The translations under genes and the position numbers were made by a program. Under the pieces are notes generated by a model, which searched no databases, was not told the DNA's origin, and was given only the letters and a program-made list of their open reading frames with translations. Source: Moniliella sp. 'wahieum' (Eukaryota). From it: DNA of 64,000 bases. Location: assembly GCA_003971905.1 (NCBI GenBank), contig RSEE01000008.1:806001-870000 (forward strand), written 5' to 3'. Shown piece by piece: positions 10,601-20,700 of the stretch. Each line of letters starts with the position of its first letter. Position 1 is the first letter of the stretch.

Positions 10601-12747
10601 GGCGGGCAGTAGCCAGAACCTGGGGCAGCGAGAGGTCGGTGTCGACCAAACCACATTGCGAAAGGGCCAGGGCCTCCACCATGGAGGGGGCAAGGCCAGT
10701 GAGCTGGGTGCGCGCAAGACGCAACGTAAATGGCGGGGGGGGAAGTACTTAGATTGCGGGGAAACGAGGATCATATCTGTGCCGGCCTGCAGTTGACCGA
10801 CTTTGGTCCACGAGGGTGAGAGCGGGTTCTGTGCCGCACGAAGAGGATGCTCGGGAGTGGCTTTGATCACCCTTCCGTCCGTCAAAGTCACCTTAAGAAG
10901 ACGCTCAGGCATCTTGCGGAACCAATGGTGGATGCCGCTCCGCTCAATCTCCAGCGACGACGGCTTAATCGTCGCCACCTCTTTGCCGTCGGACAGGTCT
11001 GCGATGCGCGCCACATCCATTCCGTTGCCCAGTACCACCTCCGTATCCGCCGTGACACAAACCATACCCCAATGGGTGTTGTGCAGCTGCCGTGGCTTGG
11101 CAATCTTTCCATCTCGTCCAATCGGGGTGTTGCACCGCCGCAAGTGGGACAAGGTGGAGGAGAAGGTGTACCGGTTAAGCACTTGCGACACACCAGCGCG
11201 TGCAGACATGAACATTTTTGGTCGCCCCAGTTGCCCGTCGCAACAGAGTACTTTAGGCCATTGGTAATGGTCGACGCCTTGACAGCTTGGGTAATGTGGA
11301 AATCCTTCTTCTCCTCCACGCACTTTTGGAGATGGCGGTAGATATCGCGCGTAAGCTTGCGGAAAAGCATGCGGAAAAGGCCTGCCAACAAAGGCCCAGC
11401 CATGTCGAGACGCTTCTTGCCGAAGTGGTCACGGTCATCAATTTCGCGCCGCTCGAGGGCAGTGAGTAGGAGACGATGAATCATGTACCCAAGAAGTAGG
11501 CCTTCTTGGTGTTACTCCCCTCAGACATGGAGATATGCGGCAGCATCTTCTGCAGAATCTCCTGCGCGTAGTGGCGACGTCCACGCGCCAGACCAGTGAC
11601 CGTGCCACGTCGACCAATCCAGTGCATTCTCCCGATCTTGGATGCTGAATGCCTCTTCAATACAGGGCTTGAGCATCTCAAGCATCTGCGTGTCGTTGGG
11701 ATCGTAGCAAATGTGCTGGAGGATTTCACGATCGGGGACAATGCCGAGCGCACGAAACACAATCACGATCGGCACGCCTTGATGTAAGGCAAGGTAGCAC
11801 GGATCACACTCCCACTGTTACCCTTGTCGCCCGAACGGGCAAACATTTTGACCTGCATTGTGCTCACCGTCTTGCCTCCCGTCTCAACCGCACTGCGAAT
11901 CTCAGCGAGGTAGTTGACTGGCGAAGGGGCTGACTTGGAGAAGACATATACATGGTTTGCCGCCATCCTCTCTTGGGCAATCAGCACCTTTTCAGACCCA
12001 TTGATGATGAAGTATCCACCCGAGTCGCAGGGACACTCATCCTTGGCATACTTTTGGTTGTCGTCCATGTTGGTCAAACGACAAACGTAGACTGAAGCAT
12101 GATGGGCACTTTGCCAATGAAGACCTTCTGCACCTCGGTGGCCGCGCCACGCTCCGCTGGCTCCCATGTATCATCCCATCCTCCACCTTGAGGTACTTGC
12201 GCTGCGTCACATCAAGGAAGATGGGCGCGGCATACGTCAGGTTACGCAGGCGGGCATCCTGAGGGAAAAGCGGACCGGTGGATCCATCGTCCTCCGTCTG
12301 CTTGGGGAGCGAGTGAGATTTGGCCAAAGACGATCTCATACCGAATCTGCGCAAGAGTCAGCATGATAGGAAGGAAGGAGAGACGGCATCGGGACCGGAA
12401 GGGGAGTAAAAATACGTACGGTCCTGTCGTCAATTTCGCCATTGTACTGCTTGGCTTGCTCGAGGGTCAGCTGGCCTACTTCCTGGACGAGCTCCTGCAT
12501 GGTGGTGCCGAGGAAATCGTTGAACGAGTCGAGCTGCTGACGGACAAGACCGCGCGAGTCGAAGAAGGAGCGGATAATGTCCCATGAATCCTGCTGCCTC
12601 AGCTCCTCCTCCTGGGGGTCGTCGTTGGCCAGGGGGTACTCGTCAGCCTTGTCGAGGTACGAGTCGTAGTCCTTGGCTCCGTCTGAGGGGGGGCGGGGGG
12701 TCAGTCAGCATGGGCGGCAGCAGGAACGCGCGGAAGGACGTACCCAT
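7692..12747 (-). CDS. RPB2: DNA-directed RNA polymerase II second-largest subunit, intein-containing precursor
   Basis: ATG at 12747. Introns 12683-12743, 12347-12419 and probably 7699-7753. Motifs [127 protein letters not shown] and [10 protein letters not shown]. Multiple indel frameshifts. Confidence 0.98.
9828..11059 (-). mobile_element. Class 1 intein (~411 aa) with a LAGLIDADG-type homing endonuclease domain, inserted in RPB2
   Basis: Interrupts [11 protein letters not shown]. Block [14 protein letters not shown]; block [21 protein letters not shown] (TxxH); endonuclease-like [12 protein letters not shown] and [13 protein letters not shown]; block H-like [14 protein letters not shown]; block [17 protein letters not shown]; block G LVSHN followed by +1 Cys. 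It spans 1232 nt, and adding one base in the G8 run at 10735-10742 restores a single frame. Confidence 0.96.
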
Positions 12748-13122
12748 TGGGGGCAGCGAGTAGCAGCGGAGAGGGGTGGGGTGGGGGCAGCCGTGCGCGT
12801 CGGCAGACACGGCGTGGACGGAGGCGGGAGAGGAGAAGGAGGTGGTGGTGGCGGCGTTCAGCGGTTTGGCAAACCAGCGGGTGATCGCCTGAGCTCAGGC
12901 CGCTGGCTGCCGCCGGGCGATTACCGCAGAAGGTTGACCTGCCACTGCCCCCGTGCCACCACCCATTAGGTCAGCAGCACTTAGGTAAGCCTTTCGGCTG
13001 CGTTGGCTGCTGCAATTTCATTTTGGCCGTTTTGGGTCATCCGATGGATCCTCGCAACCGCCACCACCACCACCCCCAACCCCTCCCCCCTTGGCCTGGC
13101 GCGGCAGCGTTCATTCTGCACC

Positions 13123-14553
13123 ATGGGCGCCGGTGATCTGGTACGACCCTCCTCCCCTCCCATTCTGGGTCTTTACACCGCCCATATACTGACTTCTCTC
13201 CTGCCACAGAATATGAAAAAGAGCTGGCACCCGCTCTTGATGGTCAATCAGGAAAAGGTGTGGAAGCGAGAAAAGCATGCCCTCGAGGAGCGCAAGAAGC
13301 TCGACGAACTCAAGCGCGAGCGCGACCAAGAACGCGAACTACAGGAACTTCGTCGACTCCAAGAAGAAGCCGGCGGCAAGAAACGGCAAGAACGGGTGGA
13401 TTGGATGTACGCCGCGCCCACCCAGGGCGAGACGAACGCTGAGGAGATGGAGGAGTATCTTTTGGGCAAAAAGAAGATTGACAAGATATTACGAGGGGAC
13501 GAAGCACAAAAATTAAGCGCTGTGGGAGGACAGGTCGGACCTTCCAGCTCCAACGTAAACTCCAACTCCAAGACGCAAGGCTATCAAGCCCTGCAGAACG
13601 CCAACACCGCCCAGGACTTGGCCGCCAAGGTGCGCGAGGATCCGATGCTCGCCATCAAGCGGCAAGAACAGTCCGCCTACGAGGCCCTTTTGCGGGATCC
13701 GGCACGCCTTCGCCAGCTGAGAAAGCAACATGGCCTTGACAGTGGGGATAAAGATAAGGATAAGGATAAGGATAAGGATCAGCGTCGACAAGAGCGCCAT
13801 CGCCGCCATCGCCGCGACCGAGACGAACGAGAAGACCGTCACCGCCGCGACCGTCACCGCGACCACGACGAGAGGGATGAGCGCCATCGGCACCATTCTC
13901 TTCGGCATCGCTCTCATCATGATGTGGAAGAATCGCGCAGTCGTTCCCCAAGCCCGGGACGACGACGGGAAAGAGATGAACGCCCTAGTAGCTCCCGACG
14001 CAGTCACGAAACCTATCCTTCCTCCTCTCGGCGACACCACTATTCTTCTTCCTCTCGGCGGGACGACTCTCGGCGGGACGACTCTCGGCGGGACGATTAC
14101 GCTTCTTCCTTCCGGAGAGGGAGTGACTCCTACGCCTCTCGGCGGGACGAACGCAGTGTTCGTAAGACCGAGCGGGGAGATCCGGAAAGGGATCCGCACC
14201 GCACCTACTCTACCCCTCGTTCTTTCGAGGCAAGTGCCGGCACGTCAGGCGGTGGCGGACTGACGGCGGAGGAAAGAGCGGCGAAAGTGGCTGCGATGGC
14301 CTCGGCGGCCCAGTCGGTGGAGGTAGCGCGCGGTGAGAGGGTGGCGCGCGATGTGGCGGAGGAACAGGCGGAGTTGGGGCGGGAAGCACAGCTGCGGGAG
14401 CAGTTGAAACGTCGGTATGGCGCTCATGCGACGGACGAGGTGGTGCGGCGCGAGATGCTGCTGTCGCACCAAAAGGTGCTGGATCCGAAGATGGACTTGC
14501 AACAGAGCCTCGGACGGCAGCGCCGAGGGCTGCAGCGCTTAGCCGATGAATGA
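13123..14553 (+). CDS. CWC25: Pre-mRNA splicing factor Cwc25
   Basis: [27 protein letters not shown] across intron 13141-13209. [15 protein letters not shown] and [12 protein letters not shown] motifs, then an R/D/H/S-rich tail. Confidence 0.93.
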   Translation: MGAGDLVRPSSPPILGLYTAHILTSLLPQNMKKSWHPLLMVNQEKVWKREKHALEERKKLDELKRERDQERELQELRRLQEEAGGKKRQERVDWMYAAPTQGETNAEEMEEYLLGKKKIDKILRGDEAQKLSAVGGQVGPSSSNVNSNSKTQGYQALQNANTAQDLAAKVREDPMLAIKRQEQSAYEALLRDPARLRQLRKQHGLDSGDKDKDKDKDKDQRRQERHRRHRRDRDEREDRHRRDRHRDHDERDERHRHHSLRHRSHHDVEESRSRSPSPGRRRERDERPSSSRRSHETYPSSSRRHHYSSSSRRDDSRRDDSRRDDYASSFRRGSDSYASRRDERSVRKTERGDPERDPHRTYSTPRSFEASAGTSGGGGLTAEERAAKVAAMASAAQSVEVARGERVARDVAEEQAELGREAQLREQLKRRYGAHATDEVVRREMLLSHQKVLDPKMDLQQSLGRQRRGLQRLADE

Positions 14554-14936
14554 AGGCATTGGGGGTCTGTGGGTGTTTTGTATTCGCGCTGGCCCGCTGG
14601 GCACTGCTCTATAGACCACACGAAAGTAGCCCTGCTCGTGTGCAAGTCGAAGGAAGATGCAGTAGAGCGCCAGAACGCCGGCTGGACTGGGGGATGTTGG
14701 GTGTTTAATTGGACTACGACCATCGGGTGTGGTTCGGAGCTAAGAAGGCAGCTGTGCCGATCAGGCACTGGGCGGAACGCGCGCCGTCCGGTTCCGCCCA
14801 GCTGACAAAATCGCGGCGCCGATCGCTGATTGCGATGCAGGACATGGGTGACGGCGGCCGGACTGCCTGCGCCTCCGGCAGCGACAAACGGGCAACGGGC
14901 GGCCGTGCGCTCGGGTGGCTTCCCCCACCACCCGCC

Positions 14937-15425
14937 ATGCTCGCCTTCGCCGCCCGCTCGCTGCTGCGTGCCCCCCTCCTCCGCGCCGCCACTGCCCCCG
15001 CTGCTGTGCGCATGATGCAGCCCGCCGTGGCGGTGCGCATGTACAGCTCCGCCACTCTGTCCAAGGACGCCATTTCGTCCCGCATCCTCGACGTGCTCAA
15101 GAGCTTTGACAAAGTCACCCCCGACCAGCTGACCACCTCGGCCACCTTCTCCGAACTGGGTTTTGACAGCCTCGACAGTGTCGAGGTGCTCATGGCCATC
15201 GAGGAGGAATTCAACATTGTACGTGCTGTCATCTTGCGCTTGGGGCGGCGCTGTACACTGCACTACTAACTCGTCCCAGGAAATCCCCGATGCCGAGGCC
15301 GACGAAATCTTGACGGTGCCCCAAGCAATTGAGTACATTGCCAAGACCCCCGAGGGTGCGTGCTTCTCTCTCTTTTAGCTCTTCGTGGACAGTGCACTGA
15401 CCTGGATGAGGCTACAGCGAGCTAA
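14937..15425 (+). CDS. ACP1: Mitochondrial acyl carrier protein (NDUFAB1/Acp1)
   Basis: Arg/Ala-rich presequence and the phosphopantetheine motif LGFDSLDSVEVLMAIEEEF, then EIPDAEADEILTV. Introns 15219-15279 and ~15356-15417. Confidence 0.93.
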
Positions 15426-15841
15426 GCCACCTCGGCACGCAGAGATCATTAATCATTGTTGGAGTCCCATTTCCTATTGTGGCACGTCTCGTAGAGCGTT
15501 TGAATGGAAGTTCCATGCGATGGCAAATGCGGAAGGGGGAAACGATCTGCGGATGACCTAAGATACCAGTATACTAGAACCAATCATAAGAGCAAATGAT
15601 GAGAATTTCCCTGCCTGCCCCCCATCCCCCAAAAAGCACGCATCGCCCAAAGTACCCTGCTTGGCCCCAAGTAACACATCATTCATTAATCATTCCAGCT
15701 TGCTCCTTATTTCCAGATCACATGGGCCAGAGATGAAAATGCGCATAGCAGCTATAGAGCCTACATATATGCTCCCGCTCCATCTAACCTAACCAAGCAA
15801 ATGTCTACTCCGGTTGGGCCACAACGGGAAGAAACATGAAT

Positions 15842-16861
15842 TCACTTATTCGAAGCGGGCGTCTCCTTATTTCTTGCCACGCTTCTTTTTGGGCTTTTCT
15901 TGTTCCTGTGTGCCTTTCGCCGTCGGGTGGATGATGGTGCAGCATCAGACTCGCTGACAGGTTGGGAACGCGTCTCTGCACTTGGTTGGTCCAGCATCGT
16001 CTCCTCTTGCCCTTCGGAGGCCTCGAACGGATCCATCTTCACCCGTTTGGTCTTAGGGGGATTGGCTGCTGCAGCCTCGTCCTCTTCCTCTTCCTCCTTC
16101 TTTATTTCGGATGACTTGCGCTTTCCCTTCCCCTTTGTTGCTTCCCCCGCCTCGCTGGATTTGGCCTTCTTGGCCTTCTTGCCTTTTTTCTTGTCCTTCT
16201 TGCCTTTGGTCTCCTCATCCTTCTCATCCTTCTCAAAATCAAACCGCTTGTGCGTTGGTTCCTTCCCAATCGCATGTTTAATAAACCGGTTGGCCGCTGC
16301 TGTGTCGAGATTGGATCGTGCTGGCCAAACGAAAGTCAGTAAATACTGTCCCAGGCCGCCCCCTTGAAGGAAATAAAAAGAAGACAACGTACCCTCTCGT
16401 GCCTCTGGGTTCTTGGCATTTAATCTTGTGGAAATAAGCTTTGACGCGCTCCAGCTCAGGTCCGACCGGGTGGTTGGCAGGATCAATGCCCTTCACTTTC
16501 AAGTACACTAGTGTTACCGTGTCAGTTCCCGATTTTCATTCCCACCCAAGGCCAGCCAGATTGTACATACTCCACACGAGGTCCAACAGCACATACGCTG
16601 TCGAGGCGTACATCCTTGCTGATGCCAACTTTCCTTCCCGCTCCGCCTCTTCAGCGACAAGGTCTCCTCCTTCTCTCTTCCCCGCCCGAGATGGAGGGGC
16701 GGCCGCGCCACCGATGCGGCAGAGGCCGAGGACGAACCTTGCTGAAGGCGTTTGGTGAGCTGCGCAAGCGGCTGAGCAAGCAACGGCTCAAGCACCTCCG
16801 TCAGTCCTTCAAATGACTCCGCAAACTTCTCCAGCTTGGGTGCGGGTGACTCGAGCGACAT
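15842..16861 (-). CDS. Exosome-associated Rrp47/Lrp1 (Sas10/Utp3/C1D family) protein
   Basis: MSLESPAPKLEKF...LEPLLAQPL; YASTAYVLLDLVW; YLKVKGIDPANHPVGPELERVKAYFHKIK; LDTAAANRFIKHAI; Lys/Glu-rich tail. Contains introns and frameshifts. Confidence 0.85.
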
Positions 16862-17764
16862 AGCGGGGGCAGGCGGTGGTGGTGCTGGCGATTGGTTGCG
16901 AAGGGCCAGCTGCTGATATGACGAGGGGGGGCGGGCGGAACGAGCTGAAATTTTTTCCAAGGCCGCCAGGCCTGAGCAGGAGGGCAGTCGGTCCAAACCC
17001 CTGCCATGCAATTTCAACGCGTTCCGCTATTAAAGTGCAGGTGTAGTAGCACATGGCACATGACACACACAGAGGTCTTCTGTGTATACAGACTGTGGGC
17101 GTGGGCTAATTACTTACCCCTCTTCATATGTCTCTCCTCAGCACCATCGGAGCCGTAAACCAAGGGCCTGTGGTCCTCCAATTGACACAAAATTTTACTT
17201 GAAGAGAGTTGGGGGAGAGTGGAGGTTGATAATCTCGGGATATAGGATTCCAGTCCAGGGTTCGCCTATGACAAAGCACAACCTCTCGGGACTGGTATAG
17301 TATCAGATGATACCATTCGAGAGAAGCCAGATACATTTCAATGGTACGACATGATCGATGATGTCGATGATGATGGGAATGGGAGTGAAGAAGCGCAAGT
17401 GCAAATGGGTTTTAGCTCGATACACTTTAGAACCTAGTATCTTGTATCTTCAACTTCTGTGGCGCTGTAGAGCTTGTGGGGATTCTAATACAGTATGCTC
17501 TGCCTTTTGTGATGTCACATTGATGCACATGCCACAGTCGAATGGTTACTTCCATGCCAACCACATTAGATGCGTCCACTGTTGTGGTTCGTCGTTCGCA
17601 GATTAGTAGTACTGCTATACCGACCCGATCTATCCTCCTTTCAACACATTCAACAGCCACGAGATAGAAATGATATGAATCAAACTGCAAGGTATCCAAA
17701 ACGAAATGAAAACGACAGCCAAAACGAAAGGCAAAAGCCCCTGGCGAACTCGGTTCGCCCCAAC

Positions 17765-20700
17765 TCAGAACCGGCCTTCCAGCATTGGCGAGTAATCCGG
17801 CAAGATCTGGGACGCCATGTGGCACACCTTCGAAGGAACGGACGGCGGCACATCCGTTCCCACGGGCGCCTCCCCCGCATACAACCGCACCAAAATTCGA
17901 CGGTAAAACGTCTGCAACGCGACGGGATCCGAGCAAAAAGCTTCAAACTCGCTCCGCACCCCTTCGGCCGTGAGGCGGGGCAGAGGCGTCGATCCACTCC
18001 CCGAACGCGATCGGGCCGGTGACGAGGTCCCTCCCGACGAAGCGTTGCGGCGATGATGCAGGCCGAGCGAGACGGAGCCCAACGAAGCCGAGGCAGCTAA
18101 CTGACTCGAATTGTAAAGACGATTGTCGAGCCAGAGAAAGCCTTCGTTCCCTCCCAAGATTTGGGCAAAGGCCAAGCCCGACCGGTGGACAAACTGCGAA
18201 CGCTCGAATTTGGTGGGCCGGGATTGGTAGTTAATCTCCACATTGGCCGGGTACCGCGTAGAGGCTTCTTGGTCGAGAATGAACCCCCAATGGCGCAAGA
18301 GGCAAAACTCAAAGTAAGCGTCGGGTACTGTATGTTCAGGGAGCCGATGCGCGTACGCGTGGACCGGCGGTGGGGGCACGGCCAACCGAATCTGGCGGGG
18401 CGATTGGAACGGATTGTGTTGGGCCACACTACTGATTTGCTCAATTGGGGCCTCGACCAACATGAGTCCTTCTTTTTCCAACAACCGGCTCCAATTTTGA
18501 ACCAGCTCTTCGATAAAGAGCGACGTAGTGGCCATCCAATGGATCTGGAAGTTGAACCCGTTCACTGTGACCAGTTAGTATACTCGGGGGCAGTAGATAA
18601 AGGAGACGGAGGAAAAGACAACGTACTAGGGTTGTGAGAGATGTCATGGTGGATGATACAGATTTCAGCGCGGTCGCGGGAGTTCGCGTCATCAGAATGG
18701 CCTACCCGACGCGAATTGTGGTACTGGCCCACATCAAATGCAATCGACCGCGACAGCTGGATATGGCGCTTCCCTTTCGACGGCCAGCGGGACTCCTTCC
18801 CGGTCCCTGGGCAGAGGAAGAAGGAGGGGCACGGCTTTCCTGCGACGATGGTGTACCCTTGTCACCCAAACCGATCTGTTGCCAGTCTTTGGTAAGGGAA
18901 TAAAAGTAGTGGCCGTCTTTAAAGTCGTGGACGTGACGCACGTGCTCAAGGAAGCCCTGTTGCATCAGCTGGTTGCCAATCGCCACTGCCGCCGTGCGAT
19001 CAGGCACATCCTCAAACCGCTCGGTAAGCCAAGACACAAGTTCTGAGCCATAAAATGAGCTTGGGTACGTCACGCGGCGCCATTTGTGGTCCTCAATCAG
19101 TTTGCTCCCCCAGGCGCTGTGGTGGTCAACATCTCAGCCGCCAGGACAGAGCGCGGAGTATCGGCTAAGTTCTCCTTTTTCCCGCGTGCATGGGAGCCAG
19201 GCGCATTAGAGGTGCTGCCGATACCAGTATAAGAAGGCCAGGTCTGATGGAACAGGGCCAAATTGAGGAGGAACGGCTCATCAAACAAGCTTTGGGTTGG
19301 ATCGAGCGAGGTCATAAGGAAACTGAACGCTTGCCGTGGTTCCCCACTTTGCGCAAACGGAACCGTTGCAGCTCAGCAGCCAGTCGGCTCATGCCAGCAA
19401 TCCGAATTTCCTCTAGCGAAAGGTCCCGCTTGCTCGCCATCAGCTCCGACACCTCTGAGTCGTCCATCAGCTTGGGCACCACAATGAATCGAGCCAGCCA
19501 GTATTTCAGCTCCTCGATCAGTCGGTCCTCAAACCGCTAATCAGGCCGTCCAGGTACGTCCAATTGTACTGGGCTGAGGAGGGGAAGTGGAATTCGGCGG
19601 ACAAGTTCTGGTATCCGGGTAGATCCCTGGCCCAGATACAGCAACTGTACGTGATCGGTGCGGGTCGAGTACGTGATATGCTTGAGATAGCGTTTAACGT
19701 TGATCACGCCGCTGTCCTTGTCGTAGCTGATGCGGTGGATCTGGTTGGAGAGGGACAAAAAGATGGGGTTGCCTGCGGTGATCAGGCCGGGCATAAACGA
19801 TTCTGACGGATGGCGGAGGGTAAACTTGGCTTTGGGCCCAAACACACTCGATTGGTCGCCGACAAAGTTGCTTAGGGTAGAAGAGGTGGTCGTGGGCACG
19901 ATGAACTGGAAGCCACGGGAAAGACGCTGGTAAACCATCTCCTTCAGAACCGACACGGCCGTTTGGGGGGATGTAGGACGCATGGTTGTCCCTGCGGTCA
20001 AGGTAAAGGTTGCGCATATGGTATGACTGGCGTGGATGCCGCGGCTGTTGAGGAAGAGACTGGTTGCGCCCTCGGAGATCGAAGCAACGTAAGGGTGTTC
20101 CTGCCAGTGGGCCATGAGGTCTTGTGCCTCTGGGAGCTGCGACGCTGTAATGGCAGAAGCCGGGCTAGTCATGGAGCGCCACTTGACTTCATGGTGGCTC
20201 AGTCGATGCGGGAAGAGGTACTGCCAGCGCATCAAGTCGGTATAGTTGCCCGCCGATGGCTTTTTGGGCTTGGAAGGGTTGACCAGCGTCTGGTTGTCCA
20301 GAAACTTGATTGCTCCCTTGGGCAGGCCCAACTGGGACACCACACCTCCCGTCACCCCTGTCCATTCGGGGGTGATCTCATCGTCCGATTCGTCCACCGC
20401 TTCCTCTCTTCCCTCTTCGCTGTCTTCGGTCCATCTTGGGGGATACTGATGGGGGTGCGATTGTGCAGCTCGGTGCCGGTTTCGCTGGCAGAGGTGGGAG
20501 CGTCGTCCGTGTTGCGGCGGGAGAGGTAACCCCGATTCCACCAACTTCCCTTTTTCTGCTCGCTTTTGGCGGTAGAGCGGCGGGATTGCAAACCCGGCCT
20601 TGCGGGAGAGCGGGTGGAATGACCAGAGACTACGCTGCCTCCATCCGAGGGAACTGGGCTGCGGACAGGAACTCCATTTGTAGCGAGGATCTGACGAATC

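Noticed and set aside
10730..10745. Frame break inside the intein as a recoding site or intein inactivation
   Set aside because: It falls in a G8 run, and adding one base gives [14 protein letters not shown] in frame. RPB2 is essential and similar errors occur throughout the window.
9828..11059. The RPB2 insert as a spliceosomal or group I intron carrying an endonuclease
   Set aside because: Its ends are TGT...AAC (Cys...His-Asn), not GT...AG. It is in frame with both exteins and has intein blocks A, B, F and G.
13747..14150. GATAAG and CTCTCGGCGGGACGA tandem repeats
   Set aside because: They encode ordinary low-complexity DK and SRRDD tracts within Cwc25.
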